64,000 nt of DNA from positions 13,551 through 77,550 of the forward strand of contig JAJZTA010000014.1 in NCBI GenBank assembly GCA_021849295.1, given 5' to 3'. Shown piece by piece: positions 47,181 through 56,476 of this stretch (position 1 is its first letter; every line of letters starts with the position of its first letter). Below the pieces are notes generated by a model, which saw nothing but the letters and a program-made list of their open reading frames with translations, made no database searches and had not been told where the DNA came from. Source of the DNA: Pseudomonadota bacterium (GTDB lineage: Bacteria > Pseudomonadota > Alphaproteobacteria > Micavibrionales > UBA2020). The position numbers and the translations under genes are program-made.

Positions 47181-48005
47181 CTAGCTTTTTGTGTGTTTCG
47201 GGCCCTTTTTGGGCTTTGCGGCCTTTTTGGACGGCGCGGGGGTCATCAGGCTTTCCAGCCCCTTGCCGGTGGAAATGTCCGCCGGCGTCTTGCCGGGCTT
47301 GAAAACCTTGGCCGGCTTGCCGCCAAGCAGTTCGATTTTGCTGCCGCGGATCAGCAGCGCCGAGCCTTCGCGCAAGCCGACGATCGGCGTGGCGTTGTCC
47401 TCGTGGTACTGGACGAGCCTGTCGGTGCGGGTCTCCCCCGCATAAGGCACGCGCTTGCCGTCGGAATCGTCGTAATAGAAGTCCCCCTCGAAATAATGGG
47501 CGTTGATCTGGAACGGCACCAGCCCCATCGCGGCGAAGGATTTCGGCGCGACGATCGGCATGTCGTTGGTGGTCATGATCGTCGGACAGGCGACGTTGGT
47601 GCCGGCGCTGCTGCCCATGTAGGGCATGCCTTTTTTGACCTTTTTAGCGATGGCCTTGCCGAGGCCGGTCTTTTGCAAACGGTCGACAAGGCGGAAAGTA
47701 TTGCCGCCGGAAACGAACACGCCGTCGACCTTATCCAGAACCTTGGCGGGATCCTTGACGCTGTGGGCGGGAATGATGTTGATGCCGAGCGGCGCCAAAG
47801 CCTGCGCCCAGCGGTCGGCGGCATGCGCCTCGTCTTTTACGGCATAGGCGACATAGAGGATGGTTTTTGGTTTTTCCGGTGATGCATCATAGAGTTCCGA
47901 GACTTTATTCGCAAATCCCTTGAAGCCGGTGCTCAGCAGTAGCAAGTTTAAATCTTTTTCCTGCGCGGAAGACGCTTTCTTGAAAGCCGCATTCATTTTT
48001 TTCAT
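47181..48005 (-). CDS. pepE: Dipeptidase E (peptidase S51)
   Basis: VSGGNTF, YMGSSAGTN, TTNDMPIV, LVPFQINAHY, GETRTDRL, GLREG. Confidence 0.93.
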   Translation of the reverse strand: MKKMNAAFKKASSAQEKDLNLLLLSTGFKGFANKVSELYDASPEKPKTILYVAYAVKDEAHAADRWAQALAPLGINIIPAHSVKDPAKVLDKVDGVFVSGGNTFRLVDRLQKTGLGKAIAKKVKKGMPYMGSSAGTNVACPTIMTTNDMPIVAPKSFAAMGLVPFQINAHYFEGDFYYDDSDGKRVPYAGETRTDRLVQYHEDNATPIVGLREGSALLIRGSKIELLGGKPAKVFKPGKTPADISTGKGLESLMTPAPSKKAAKPKKGPKHTKS

Positions 48006-48128
48006 TTTATCCCTGCCTGTTTAACAATTCGTGTGAAAATCCGCACAATATTATTCCTTATGTCAATGCGCGTCAAGATGGTGAAACGGCGGGTGACAGG
48101 CGTGCGTATTCGAGATAATGTCCCTTTT

Positions 48129-48893
48129 ATGCAATCAGTCCTCAGGAAAAAGAGCGCCTTTTCACGGGTTCTCACGGCCACCGTCGATATTCTGCTGCCG
48201 CCGCGCTGCCTTGCGACCGGCGTGATCGTCGACGCCCCCGGCATGGTGAGCGCGTCCGTCTGGCCGCAATTGCAGTTCATCGAAGCGCCCTTTTGCACAA
48301 CCTGCGGCATGCCCTTCAGCTTCGGGCTCGCGCCCGGCAACGATATCCTCTGCGCCGCCTGCATGGAGCGCGAACCCGTCTTCGACGCCGCGCGCGCCGC
48401 CGTAGTTTATAATGATGCCAGCCGCGCCATGATCCTCTCCTTCAAATACGGCGACAGGCTACATGCCGTCAAAACCTTCGCGCCGTGGATGACGCGCGCC
48501 GGAAAACCCCTGATAGACAGGGCCGATTGCATCATCCCCGTGCCGCTGCACAACAGACGCCTGCGCGAGAGGCGCTTCAACCAGTCGGCCCTGCTCGCGC
48601 GGGAAATCGCCAAGGCCAGCGGGAAAACGTTCGTCCCCGACATGCTGCTGCGCACGCGCCACACCGTTCCGCAGCAGGGACTAACCTACAAAGAGCGCGG
48701 ACAGAACGTGAAAGGCGCCTTCGGCATCGGCAAGAAACATCTGCACACGCTCGAGGGCAAAAACATTCTGCTCATCGACGACGTTTATACCAGCGGCGCG
48801 ACGCTCAACGAATGCGCCCGCGTCCTGAAAAAGGCCAAGGCCGCCAGCGTCAGCGTCCTGACCGTCGCCAAGGTGACGCGGGACGACTTTTAA
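48129..48893 (+). CDS. comF: ComF family double zinc ribbon / phosphoribosyltransferase
   Basis: LLPPRC, CTTCG, CAAC, FKY, PVPLH, RRFNQS, LIDDVYTSGAT. Confidence 0.93.
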   Translation: MQSVLRKKSAFSRVLTATVDILLPPRCLATGVIVDAPGMVSASVWPQLQFIEAPFCTTCGMPFSFGLAPGNDILCAACMEREPVFDAARAAVVYNDASRAMILSFKYGDRLHAVKTFAPWMTRAGKPLIDRADCIIPVPLHNRRLRERRFNQSALLAREIAKASGKTFVPDMLLRTRHTVPQQGLTYKERGQNVKGAFGIGKKHLHTLEGKNILLIDDVYTSGATLNECARVLKKAKAASVSVLTVAKVTRDDF

Positions 48894-48970
48894 GTTTTTA
48901 TTGCACCGCACAAAAATTTTCTTGCCGTAAATCGGAATATATGTTCAACTATAAGGAAAGAGGAACAGTT

Positions 48971-49069
48971 ATGATGAAACCGTGCTCATATTGCAATCTT
49001 GCGATGATTACCGGTGTCGAACCGGCAACAGCGATGACCGGTATTGAACCGGTTGGACGGCACGGCTGA
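48971..49069 (+). CDS. Putative 32-aa peptide MMKPCSYCNLAMITGVEPATAMTGIEPVGRHG
   Basis: Purine-rich SD (AAGGAAAGAGGA) just upstream; internal direct repeat; followed by a hairpin. Confidence 0.5.
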   Translation: MMKPCSYCNLAMITGVEPATAMTGIEPVGRHG

Positions 49070-49079
49070 CTCTTTTCGA

Positions 49080-49109
49080 CTGTCAGCCCTTTCAACCGGC
49101 GGCTGACAG
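49080..49109 (+). promoter_or_regulatory. Hairpin downstream of the small peptide ORF
   Basis: CTGTCAGCC / GGCTGACAG perfect 9-bp stem; no U tract. Confidence 0.5.
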
Positions 49110-49182
49110 CATCTCCCCCGAAAATTCCAAAAAGTTTTTGTGTGATGTTCTGCCAGCGGCCACAATGTACTGCGAGGCGAAA

Positions 49183-50382
49183 ATGCGCATACAACGAAAC
49201 CTGAGACTGATCGACGCCTACACGCTGGGCACAAACATGATTTTCGTGCTGCCGGTGCTGGTGCCCTATTACCACGACCGGATCGGCGTCGACTTCCACG
49301 GCTTCATGGTCGGTGAGGCCGCCTTTGCCGCGGCCGCCATCCTGTGCGACGTTCCCGCCGGATGGCTCGCGGACATGTGGCAACGCAGGCATGTGGAAGC
49401 GCTCGGCATTTTCACCGAGCTGGCCGGATTCGCCATCCTGCTCTTCGCCCGCAGCTTCGCGGATGCCGTGACGGCGCAGGCCGTGATCGGCGTCGGCATC
49501 AGCCTCTGCACGGGCACGAACACGGCGATCCTTTACGACTCCCTGCTCTCCGTCGACCGCCAGCGGGAATACCGCCGGCGCGAAGGACGGCGTCTGGCCA
49601 TGGGCTTTTATACGATGGCCGTCGCGGGCGTCATCGGCGGATTCATCTACCCGCTCGACCACAGGCTGCCGCTGATCCTCACCATCGCCGCTTTCGCGGT
49701 CGCGGGCGTGGCCACGCTGCTGCTCGACGAGCCGCTGCGGCGCAAGCCTCCGCGCGTCCGGCATCCGCTGAAGGACATCTTCGCGACGATCAAATACGCG
49801 CTGCACGACCATGCCGGGATCGGCTTCGCCATCATGTCGGCGGCGGCGCTGTTCTCGGCGACGAAGATCGTCATGTGGACGCAGCAGCCCTACTTTATGT
49901 TGCTGCACGTGCCTGAAAAATGGTACGGCGTGCTGATGGCCGTGGGCTTTCTGCTCGGCGGCGCGGCGAGCCACGCCTCGCACCTGCTCGACGGAAAGAT
50001 CGGCGCGCCGCGTGCGCTGGCGCTCATCTGGGCCGCGGCCATACTTGTCTGCGTCTGCGCGGCCTGGCAGCCCGGCTGGCACGGCATCGCCCTGCTCATG
50101 CTTGGCGGCACCTGCATCTTCGGCATGGCCAGCCCCCGCATCAACGAGGTGATCAACGACCATGTCGATTCCGCGCGCCGCGCGACGGTGCTTTCGACGC
50201 AAAGTCTGATGGTGCGGACGGTGTTCATCCCCTTAAGCGCCGTCATGGGCGGTCTGTCGAAGCACTGGGGCGTGACGGGCACGCTGCTCGGGCTGGCCCT
50301 GTGGCTCGGCGTGACGGGCGGTTTTCTGGGATTGCTGGCTTTGCGGCAACGCAAAAAGCAGGCCGCTTCACAAGCCGTCTAG
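49183..50382 (+). CDS. MFS transporter
   Basis: About 12 hydrophobic segments, DVPAGWLADMWQRR, LYDSL, RRATVLS; SD GAGG before ATG 49183. Confidence 0.9.
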   Translation: MRIQRNLRLIDAYTLGTNMIFVLPVLVPYYHDRIGVDFHGFMVGEAAFAAAAILCDVPAGWLADMWQRRHVEALGIFTELAGFAILLFARSFADAVTAQAVIGVGISLCTGTNTAILYDSLLSVDRQREYRRREGRRLAMGFYTMAVAGVIGGFIYPLDHRLPLILTIAAFAVAGVATLLLDEPLRRKPPRVRHPLKDIFATIKYALHDHAGIGFAIMSAAALFSATKIVMWTQQPYFMLLHVPEKWYGVLMAVGFLLGGAASHASHLLDGKIGAPRALALIWAAAILVCVCAAWQPGWHGIALLMLGGTCIFGMASPRINEVINDHVDSARRATVLSTQSLMVRTVFIPLSAVMGGLSKHWGVTGTLLGLALWLGVTGGFLGLLALRQRKKQAASQAV

Positions 50383-51452
50383 TTGAACATATCGGGAGAC
50401 GGCGCTTCGTCATCGTCCGGCGCTTCTGCGGCGGCGGGCGGCGGGGCGCCGTCGTCCGGCGCTTCCTCAGTGACGGGCGGCTCCTCTCCCGCGACCGGCG
50501 GCTTGTATGCATCCAGCTGATCGACCAGAGCGAGCATGGACTTTATCTCTGTCTCGATCTCGGCGATGGCATGCACGTCCAGCGCAGACGTCCACATGCT
50601 GGGCGGCCTAAAAAAAGTGTGCATCATCGTGGGATATAGAATAAAAACGCGGTTTCCCTGATCATAGGAAACGGTTAGGCCATGGGAAATAGCCTCAAGC
50701 CGCTCCATCATGACCGGATCGAGAATATAGCGCGACTCGACCTGATCGTTGGAATAGACCTGCTATTTTTGCTCGAAGAGAGTGTCCTCGAGGTGCACTC
50801 TTGCCATGTCGCTCGATAATTTTGCATCGATGATGTCAAAAAGAGGACTCTGCGTCATGGCGAGGACGGTATGCGCGGAAAACTTTTCCCTCGGGATGTA
50901 TATAAGGAGCGCGATGCCGTAGAAAAGATCTGCTTGATTATTGTTGAGTTTATTTTTCCGCTGGAAATTCACCTGACAAAAACTGACCTTCGACCCTTTG
51001 TAAGTTCGCTAGAAATAATCCGTTGTCGCGTATCGATTGTAAAACCTCGGCAGGATTTGTGTCGATTTCATGTCATCCATATTGATACCGCCGCTCCGGT
51101 TATAGCCGTCCAGCCCCATCAGTCTGGCGATCATGGGGATAACGGAGCTTTTATAACGTCTGCCGTAGAATACGCCCGGAAGGCTCATCACGTAGCACAT
51201 GCCCGTAATGCACAGAAGCGGTCCGCCGAGAATGATATCCACGCCCTGATCGGTATGCGGAAAGGTGGCATTCAGATGAAGAAAGAGGCGATACGTGAGC
51301 GGCAGGCCGATAATCGCCGCCAATAGCGACAGCGCCTTGAAGATAATAACGTATTGCTTGCGAAGCCCTTCGCAATGCTTGAGAAGCGGCTGAATCCTTT
51401 TGCGAAAATCCGCATCGGATTCCGTCTGCGGGATATCGGCATTATCCTGCAC
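50379..51452 (-). pseudogene. DUF3137 family paralogue 3, interrupted by two in-frame TAG codons
   Basis: ORFs 51009-51452, 50763-50972 and 50379-50711 share one frame; continuous homology (VHLED ... DQVESRYILDPVMMERL). Confidence 0.85.
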
Positions 51453-51453
51453 T

Positions 51454-52433
51454 CTAGGCTCCTGCAGTTTGCGGCTTGTACAAATCCAGCTGCTCCACCA
51501 GCGAAAGTATGGATTGCACCTCTTTCTTCATGCCCTCGACGGCCTCGGCGTCGGTCGGCGACCAGACGCTCGGCGCGCCGAACAGTTCCCGCGTCGTGGG
51601 AAGAAGGGCGAACACGCGGTTGCCCCGATCATAGGAAATATTGATCCCTTGCGAAAAATACGTGCCGGAGACGGCTTCGATCCGCTCCATCATGGCGGGA
51701 TCGAGCAGAACGCGCGACTCGACCTGATCCGTGGCGAAAACCTGATATTTCTTCTCGAATTCAGGATCCTCCAGATGCACCTCCTGCAGTCCCGCAACAC
51801 CTGTCGCCTTGAACGCGTTGATGTTCGCCAGCGTATTCAAAATGTTTTTCCGGCGCACAACGGTATGCCTAGAGAATTTATTCTGCGGAATGACGATCAG
51901 AAGGGCGATGCCGGAAAAACGGTTTCCTCCTGATTGTTCCGCGAGTTCCAGTCCTTCTTCTTGAGCACGAGCCTGCAAAAGCTGATCTCCGCGCCCTTGT
52001 ATGTCCCTTCGAAAAGGTCCCGCGCATACAGCTTGTCGTGGCTCGGGACGATTCCCGTCGGCTCGAACTGGTCCACGTAAATTTCGCCATGCGGGTTGTA
52101 TCCGCTCAAGCCCACCAGCTTCACGATTTTGGGAAGCACGCTGTTTTTATAGTCGACATGATAGCGCTCCGCCGGCATATAGACCCATCCCCCGATGGCG
52201 AAAAGACAGGCGGCGGCGCCGATGCCGTAGTACGTCCAGTTGCCCTGCACCGCGTGGTAAGCGAAATAGCCAAATACGCCGATGACGGCCAGACCGGCAA
52301 TGCCGCCGATGATCATGCGGCGGTAGAGCTTCCAGCTATATTCCTCCCGCGTCACTTCGAGCGCGTCGAGCGCCGGCTGGATCTCCTTGTAAAAATCCGC
52401 GTCGGATTGCTGCTGCGGCACAGTTTCAATCAT
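51454..52433 (-). pseudogene. DUF3137 family paralogue 2, single frameshift
   Basis: ORFs 51897-52433 and 51454-51978 join if the homopolymer at 51915-51919 gains one base (VFSGIALLI); HLEDPEFEKKYQVFATDQVESR. Confidence 0.85.
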
Positions 52434-53416
52434 GCGGTTTTCTCCTCTGTCTTGGCGGAAGGCCTGTATGAATCGAGATGGTCCACAAGCGCAATCATGG
52501 ACTGCACTTCCCGCTTCAGTCTCGCGACGGAATGAATATCGGTTGCAGGCCGCCAGATGCCTGGCGGATTGAAGAACCTGCCGCCCGAGGGGATGAGAGC
52601 CAACACGCGATTGCCTCCATAGTAGGATACAGTCACTTCTTTGGAAAAATACATGTTGGAAATGGCTTCAATCCGCTCCATCATGACCGGATCGAGGATG
52701 CAGCGCGCCTCAATCTGGTCGTTCGCGTAAACCTGATATTCCCTTTCGAAAGCCGGATCCTCGAGATGCACCCTCTGCAGCCCTTCGGGGAACGTATCAA
52801 CGAGCCATCCATAAGAACGGTTCTTTCTCTTTATCAAAACGGTGTTTCCCGAAAATTTATTCTGCGGAATTTTTATCAAAAGGGCGATGCCCTCGAAAGT
52901 CCGCTTGAACGAGTTGTTCTCCTCGTGCACCAGCGTCAATTTGCAAAAGCTGATCCTTGCGCCCTTACGGATTCCCTCGAAATAATCCTTCGCGTCGTAC
53001 CTGTCATACGGAGGAAATATGCAGGCCGCCCTCGCCTCGTCCAGAGATATCACGCCACTCTCGTCGTAGTGGTCAAGCCCCGCCGATCTTACGATTTTCG
53101 GAATAACGGTATTCTTGTAGATTCTCTGGTAAGTCATGACCGGCCAGTAGATAAAAATCAGCATCACACCGAAACAGCCGGCCGGAGGGCCGATAATCCT
53201 CGCCGTTCTATTCGCCGCAGCGGGCGGAATGGTAAGCTCCAGATGATGAAAGAGATGGTAAAGGGCAGGCAGGCCGACAAAAATCCCCAGAAGCAGACAT
53301 GCGGCGAAGATATAGCTGCATTTCCTCCTGACAGACTCAAGCAAGCCGAGAGCCGGCTGGAGATCTTTGTAAAGATCCGCGTCGGATTCCTGCAGCGGGA
53401 TGTCCGTGCCCGCCAT
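52430..53416 (-). CDS. DUF3137 family membrane protein, paralogue 1 (intact)
   Basis: Two N-terminal TMs; VHLEDPAFEREYQVYANDQIEARCILDPVMMERI. Confidence 0.85.
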   Translation of the reverse strand: MAGTDIPLQESDADLYKDLQPALGLLESVRRKCSYIFAACLLLGIFVGLPALYHLFHHLELTIPPAAANRTARIIGPPAGCFGVMLIFIYWPVMTYQRIYKNTVIPKIVRSAGLDHYDESGVISLDEARAACIFPPYDRYDAKDYFEGIRKGARISFCKLTLVHEENNSFKRTFEGIALLIKIPQNKFSGNTVLIKRKNRSYGWLVDTFPEGLQRVHLEDPAFEREYQVYANDQIEARCILDPVMMERIEAISNMYFSKEVTVSYYGGNRVLALIPSGGRFFNPPGIWRPATDIHSVARLKREVQSMIALVDHLDSYRPSAKTEEKTA

Positions 53417-53420
53417 CCGG

Positions 53421-54221
53421 CTAACCGCCCAGAGCGGCTGCGGCGGATCCGTAGCTCTGCACCAGAGAGCCGGCGATGAGATACCACCCGTCCACCAGCA
53501 CGAAGAAGATGATTTTGAACGGCAGGGAAATCATCACCGGCGGCAGCATCATCATGCCCATCGACATGAGGATCGACGACGTCACCATGTCGATGATCAG
53601 AAACGGCAGGAAGATGAGAAAGCCGATCTCGAAGGCGCGCCTGAGCTCCGAGATCATGAAGGCCGGAATGACCACCTGCAGCGGCACGGCCATCGGGTCA
53701 TTGACCTTCGGCGTCTTGCTGAGGTTCATGAAAAGCTCGAGGTCTTTCGCGCGCTCGTGCAGGAGCATGAATTTTTTGAACGGCACGACAGCCTTTTCCA
53801 CCGCCGTCACCTCGTTCATCTTGCCCGCCATCAAAGGCTGGATGCCTTGGCTGTAAGAGGCCTGAAAGGTCGGCGCCATGATGAAGAAGGTCAGAAACAG
53901 CGCGAGGCTGAGCAGCACCGTGTTGGGCGGGGTCGTCTGCGTGCCGAGCGCCGTGCGCACGAACGACAGAACGACGACGATGCGCGTGAACGACGTCATC
54001 ATCATCAAGATCGCCGGCGCGACCGAAAGAACAGTCAGCAGCAAAACGAGCTGGATGACGCGCCCCGCGACGGAGGTGCTGCCGCCGCCCGCATCCGCGC
54101 CGCCGCCCCCGCCGCCCAGATTGAGCGTCAGGCTCTGCGCGAAGACATGGTGCGGAACGAGAAACAGCGTCGCGCCGAACAGCACGGCGGCCGCAAGCGT
54201 GAAAACCTTAAACTTTGACAT
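53421..54221 (-). CDS. fliP: Flagellar export protein FliP
   Basis: MMTSFTRIVVVLS, QTTPPN, PAFMISEL, PFLIID, MGMMMLPP, KIIFFVLVDGW. Confidence 0.97.
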   Translation of the reverse strand: MSKFKVFTLAAAVLFGATLFLVPHHVFAQSLTLNLGGGGGGADAGGGSTSVAGRVIQLVLLLTVLSVAPAILMMMTSFTRIVVVLSFVRTALGTQTTPPNTVLLSLALFLTFFIMAPTFQASYSQGIQPLMAGKMNEVTAVEKAVVPFKKFMLLHERAKDLELFMNLSKTPKVNDPMAVPLQVVIPAFMISELRRAFEIGFLIFLPFLIIDMVTSSILMSMGMMMLPPVMISLPFKIIFFVLVDGWYLIAGSLVQSYGSAAAALGG

Positions 54222-54540
54222 TGCGCGGATCCCTCGAAAACGACACGACACGTTCCTGCTCTTCCTCCGCATCATCCTGCGAAGGAAGCCCCGTCTCGAT
54301 CACTGTTTCGCTCTCCTGCCCCAGCAGCAGCAAATGCTCGCGGTCGTCGCAGCGCACCAGCACGAGGCGGCGCTTGTGGTCGACCGGCAGAAACTCGACG
54401 ACTTTCAGGCGGCGTTTGGAAGGCCGCGTCAGCACCGGCCCCGCGAGGCCCGACCGCTTGACGATATGCGACAAGAACAGCATCAGGGAGATGACGAAGA
54501 TGAAAACGGCGACAAACTTGACGATTACCAGCGTGTCCAT
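54208..54540 (-). CDS. fliO: Flagellar protein FliO
   Basis: N-terminal TM, RRLKVVE ... DHKRRLVLVRCDDREHLLLLG; precedes fliP. Confidence 0.9.
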   Translation of the reverse strand: MDTLVIVKFVAVFIFVISLMLFLSHIVKRSGLAGPVLTRPSKRRLKVVEFLPVDHKRRLVLVRCDDREHLLLLGQESETVIETGLPSQDDAEEEQERVVSFSRDPRNVKV

Positions 54541-54541
54541 G

Positions 54542-54814
54542 CTAATGGCCTCCCGCCTGGCCGTGCTGGTCCTTCATCGCCTGCGCCAGCGCTTCGAGGG
54601 AGTCGATCAGGCCGCTCATCCGCCCTTCCAGCGCGCGGCTCTCTTCTTCGGGCAAATTGGCGATGTCGTCGCACAGGCTGATGACGTTCTTGTCCAGCCC
54701 CTGCAGATCCATAATTTCCCCCTTGTTCACGCGCGCCTGACAATCGCGCACATAGTCCACGATCGTCTGGAGACGCTTGCCGACTGCCGCCGCTTCGGTA
54801 GATTGATCTGTCAT
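54542..54814 (-). CDS. Hypothetical helical protein in the flagellar operon
   Basis: Coupled to both neighbours (ATGA overlap upstream); DLQGLD ... LC. Confidence 0.7.
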   Translation of the reverse strand: MTDQSTEAAAVGKRLQTIVDYVRDCQARVNKGEIMDLQGLDKNVISLCDDIANLPEEESRALEGRMSGLIDSLEALAQAMKDQHGQAGGH

Positions 54815-55155
54815 TGTTTTTCTTTCGCTGGCTGATAGCTGCTATTAACTTTATAGACGTAGGAGAGAATTTCGGCAATGGCGACAAGCGCTTCGGAGGG
54901 AATTTCGCTGTCCAGCTCGATGGCGGCAAGCATTTGGGCGAGGTCCTTGTCCTCGCGTACCTTCACGCCGTTTTCAAACGCGAGGCGGACGATTTCCTCC
55001 GCCAGTTTGCCGTAACCTGCGGCGACAACCTTGGGGATCGCGCCTTCTTCGATGCCGAATTGCTTTAAAGCGACGGCGGCCTGACGTCTGATTTTCGCCT
55101 GTTCGTTTCGGTCTTTTTCGGCATTTTCCGGAGAATCATCGAAAATATCAACCAT
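54811..55155 (-). CDS. FlhB C-terminal-like protein (EscU/YscU/FlhX family)
   Basis: AAVALK ... PKVVAAGYGKLAEEI ... GVKVREDKDLA ... IAEILSYVY. Confidence 0.88.
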   Translation of the reverse strand: MVDIFDDSPENAEKDRNEQAKIRRQAAVALKQFGIEEGAIPKVVAAGYGKLAEEIVRLAFENGVKVREDKDLAQMLAAIELDSEIPSEALVAIAEILSYVYKVNSSYQPAKEKQ

Positions 55156-55188
55156 AACAACCCCTTTTCGCCTCAAGTGTAGCAAAAG

Positions 55189-55204
55189 TTTACGAGATGT
55201 TAAC
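55189..55204. promoter_or_regulatory. Candidate CtrA box between divergent flagellar operons
   Basis: TTTA-CGAGATG-TTAAC, one mismatch to TTAA-N7-TTAAC. Confidence 0.5.
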
Positions 55205-55271
55205 GGGAATAATGCCAAAATAATACTTGGAATGCCCATTTTGTGCTATAGTCCACGTGGGGAGTTTAGAT

Positions 55272-55697
55272 ATGACCACACAAGACCTGACAATGCTTCA
55301 GGCCGCCATCATGAAGATGAAATGGACGGAAGACCGGCAGCGCGTTCTCTCGCGGAACATCGCCAATGCCGACACGCCGGGCTATAAGGCGCGCGACCTC
55401 TCTCCTTTGGATTTCAAAGGATTGCTCAAGAATTCTTCGAGCGCGCTTTCACTTTCCGGCGGCATCACGCTCGCCACCGACAACCCGCAGGATATCGGCG
55501 GCACGACCGGCGGAACGAGCGGCCTGCCCGCGTCGCACGTCGAGCAGCACCCCTATTCCGTTTCGCCTTCGGGCAACTCGGTCGTCCTGGCGGAACAAAT
55601 GTTGAAGATGAACGAAACCTACGAGCAGCACCGTCTGGCCACAGCCATCTACCAGAAGAGCATCGACATGCTGAAGGCCGCGCAGAAAGCTCCGTAA
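55272..55697 (+). CDS. flgB: Flagellar basal body rod protein FlgB
   Basis: RQRVLSRNIANADTPGYKARD, SGNSV ... EQM. Confidence 0.93.
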   Translation: MTTQDLTMLQAAIMKMKWTEDRQRVLSRNIANADTPGYKARDLSPLDFKGLLKNSSSALSLSGGITLATDNPQDIGGTTGGTSGLPASHVEQHPYSVSPSGNSVVLAEQMLKMNETYEQHRLATAIYQKSIDMLKAAQKAP

Positions 55698-55723
55698 CAG
55701 GATTAGCTGAAAGAGGTAACTAA

Positions 55724-56134
55724 ATGCAATTATTCGATTCAATGTCAGAAGCCGCAAAGGGCATGAAGGCGCAGAGCACGCGCATGCGCGTTATCTCTGA
55801 AAACCTCGCCAACGCCGACACCACATCCACGACCAAGGGCGGCGATCCCTACCAGCGCAAGATGGTGACCTTCAAGGACGTTATGGACCAGTCCACCAGG
55901 CAAAAGGAGGTCGAAGTCGGCAAGATCGTCACCGACAAAACGCCCTTCACGCTGAAATTCGACCCCAGCAATCCCGCGGCGAACAAGGACGGTTACGTCA
56001 AAATGCCGAACGTCAATCCGCTGATCGAAATGATGGACATGCGGGAAGCGCAAAGATCTTACGAAGCCAATCTCGGCGTGATCGACATCTCCAAAGCGAT
56101 GATGAACGACACGATCAGCCAGATTCAACGTTAA
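55724..56134 (+). CDS. flgC: Flagellar basal body rod protein FlgC
   Basis: SENLANADT, DPYQRK, GYVKMPNVN, AQRSYEAN. Confidence 0.97.
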   Translation: MQLFDSMSEAAKGMKAQSTRMRVISENLANADTTSTTKGGDPYQRKMVTFKDVMDQSTRQKEVEVGKIVTDKTPFTLKFDPSNPAANKDGYVKMPNVNPLIEMMDMREAQRSYEANLGVIDISKAMMNDTISQIQR

Positions 56135-56150
56135 TATGGAGAGCTAGAGC

Positions 56151-56459
56151 ATGACCAACATCACGCAAGCCGCAGGCGCCTATTCATCAGCCCTCAAAAA
56201 CGCGCTCGGAACGGGCGGCGGAACGGACAATAAATCCGGCGACGCCTCTTTCAGCAATCTGGTCAAGCAGTCTCTCGAAGACGCCGTCAAGCTGCAATAC
56301 AAGAGCGAGCACGTCTCCGCCGCCGCGCTGGCGGGCAAAGCCAGCATGACCGACGTCCTGCAGGCCACGACGGAGGCGCAAATGGCGCTGAACACCGTCC
56401 TTGCCGTTCGCGACAAAGTGGTGCAAGCTTACAACAGCATCATGAGCACACCAATGTAA
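56151..56459 (+). CDS. fliE: Flagellar hook-basal body protein FliE
   Basis: SFSNLV, AVRDKVVQAYNSIMSTPM; follows flgC. Confidence 0.92.
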   Translation: MTNITQAAGAYSSALKNALGTGGGTDNKSGDASFSNLVKQSLEDAVKLQYKSEHVSAAALAGKASMTDVLQATTEAQMALNTVLAVRDKVVQAYNSIMSTPM

Positions 56460-56476
56460 GGGGCTCCCCTTTCCTT

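Noticed and set aside
48971-49069. RiPP precursor interpretation of the repeat peptide
   Set aside because: No modifying enzyme (radical SAM, YcaO, ATP-grasp, LanM) is nearby; only an MFS transporter
48990-49070. tRNA gene on the minus strand
   Set aside because: Only T-arm-like hairpins are present; no cloverleaf and no CCA
50379-51452. Genome-wide TAG reassignment
   Set aside because: TAG terminates rlmH, envC, ctpA, dksA and fliR at their expected positions
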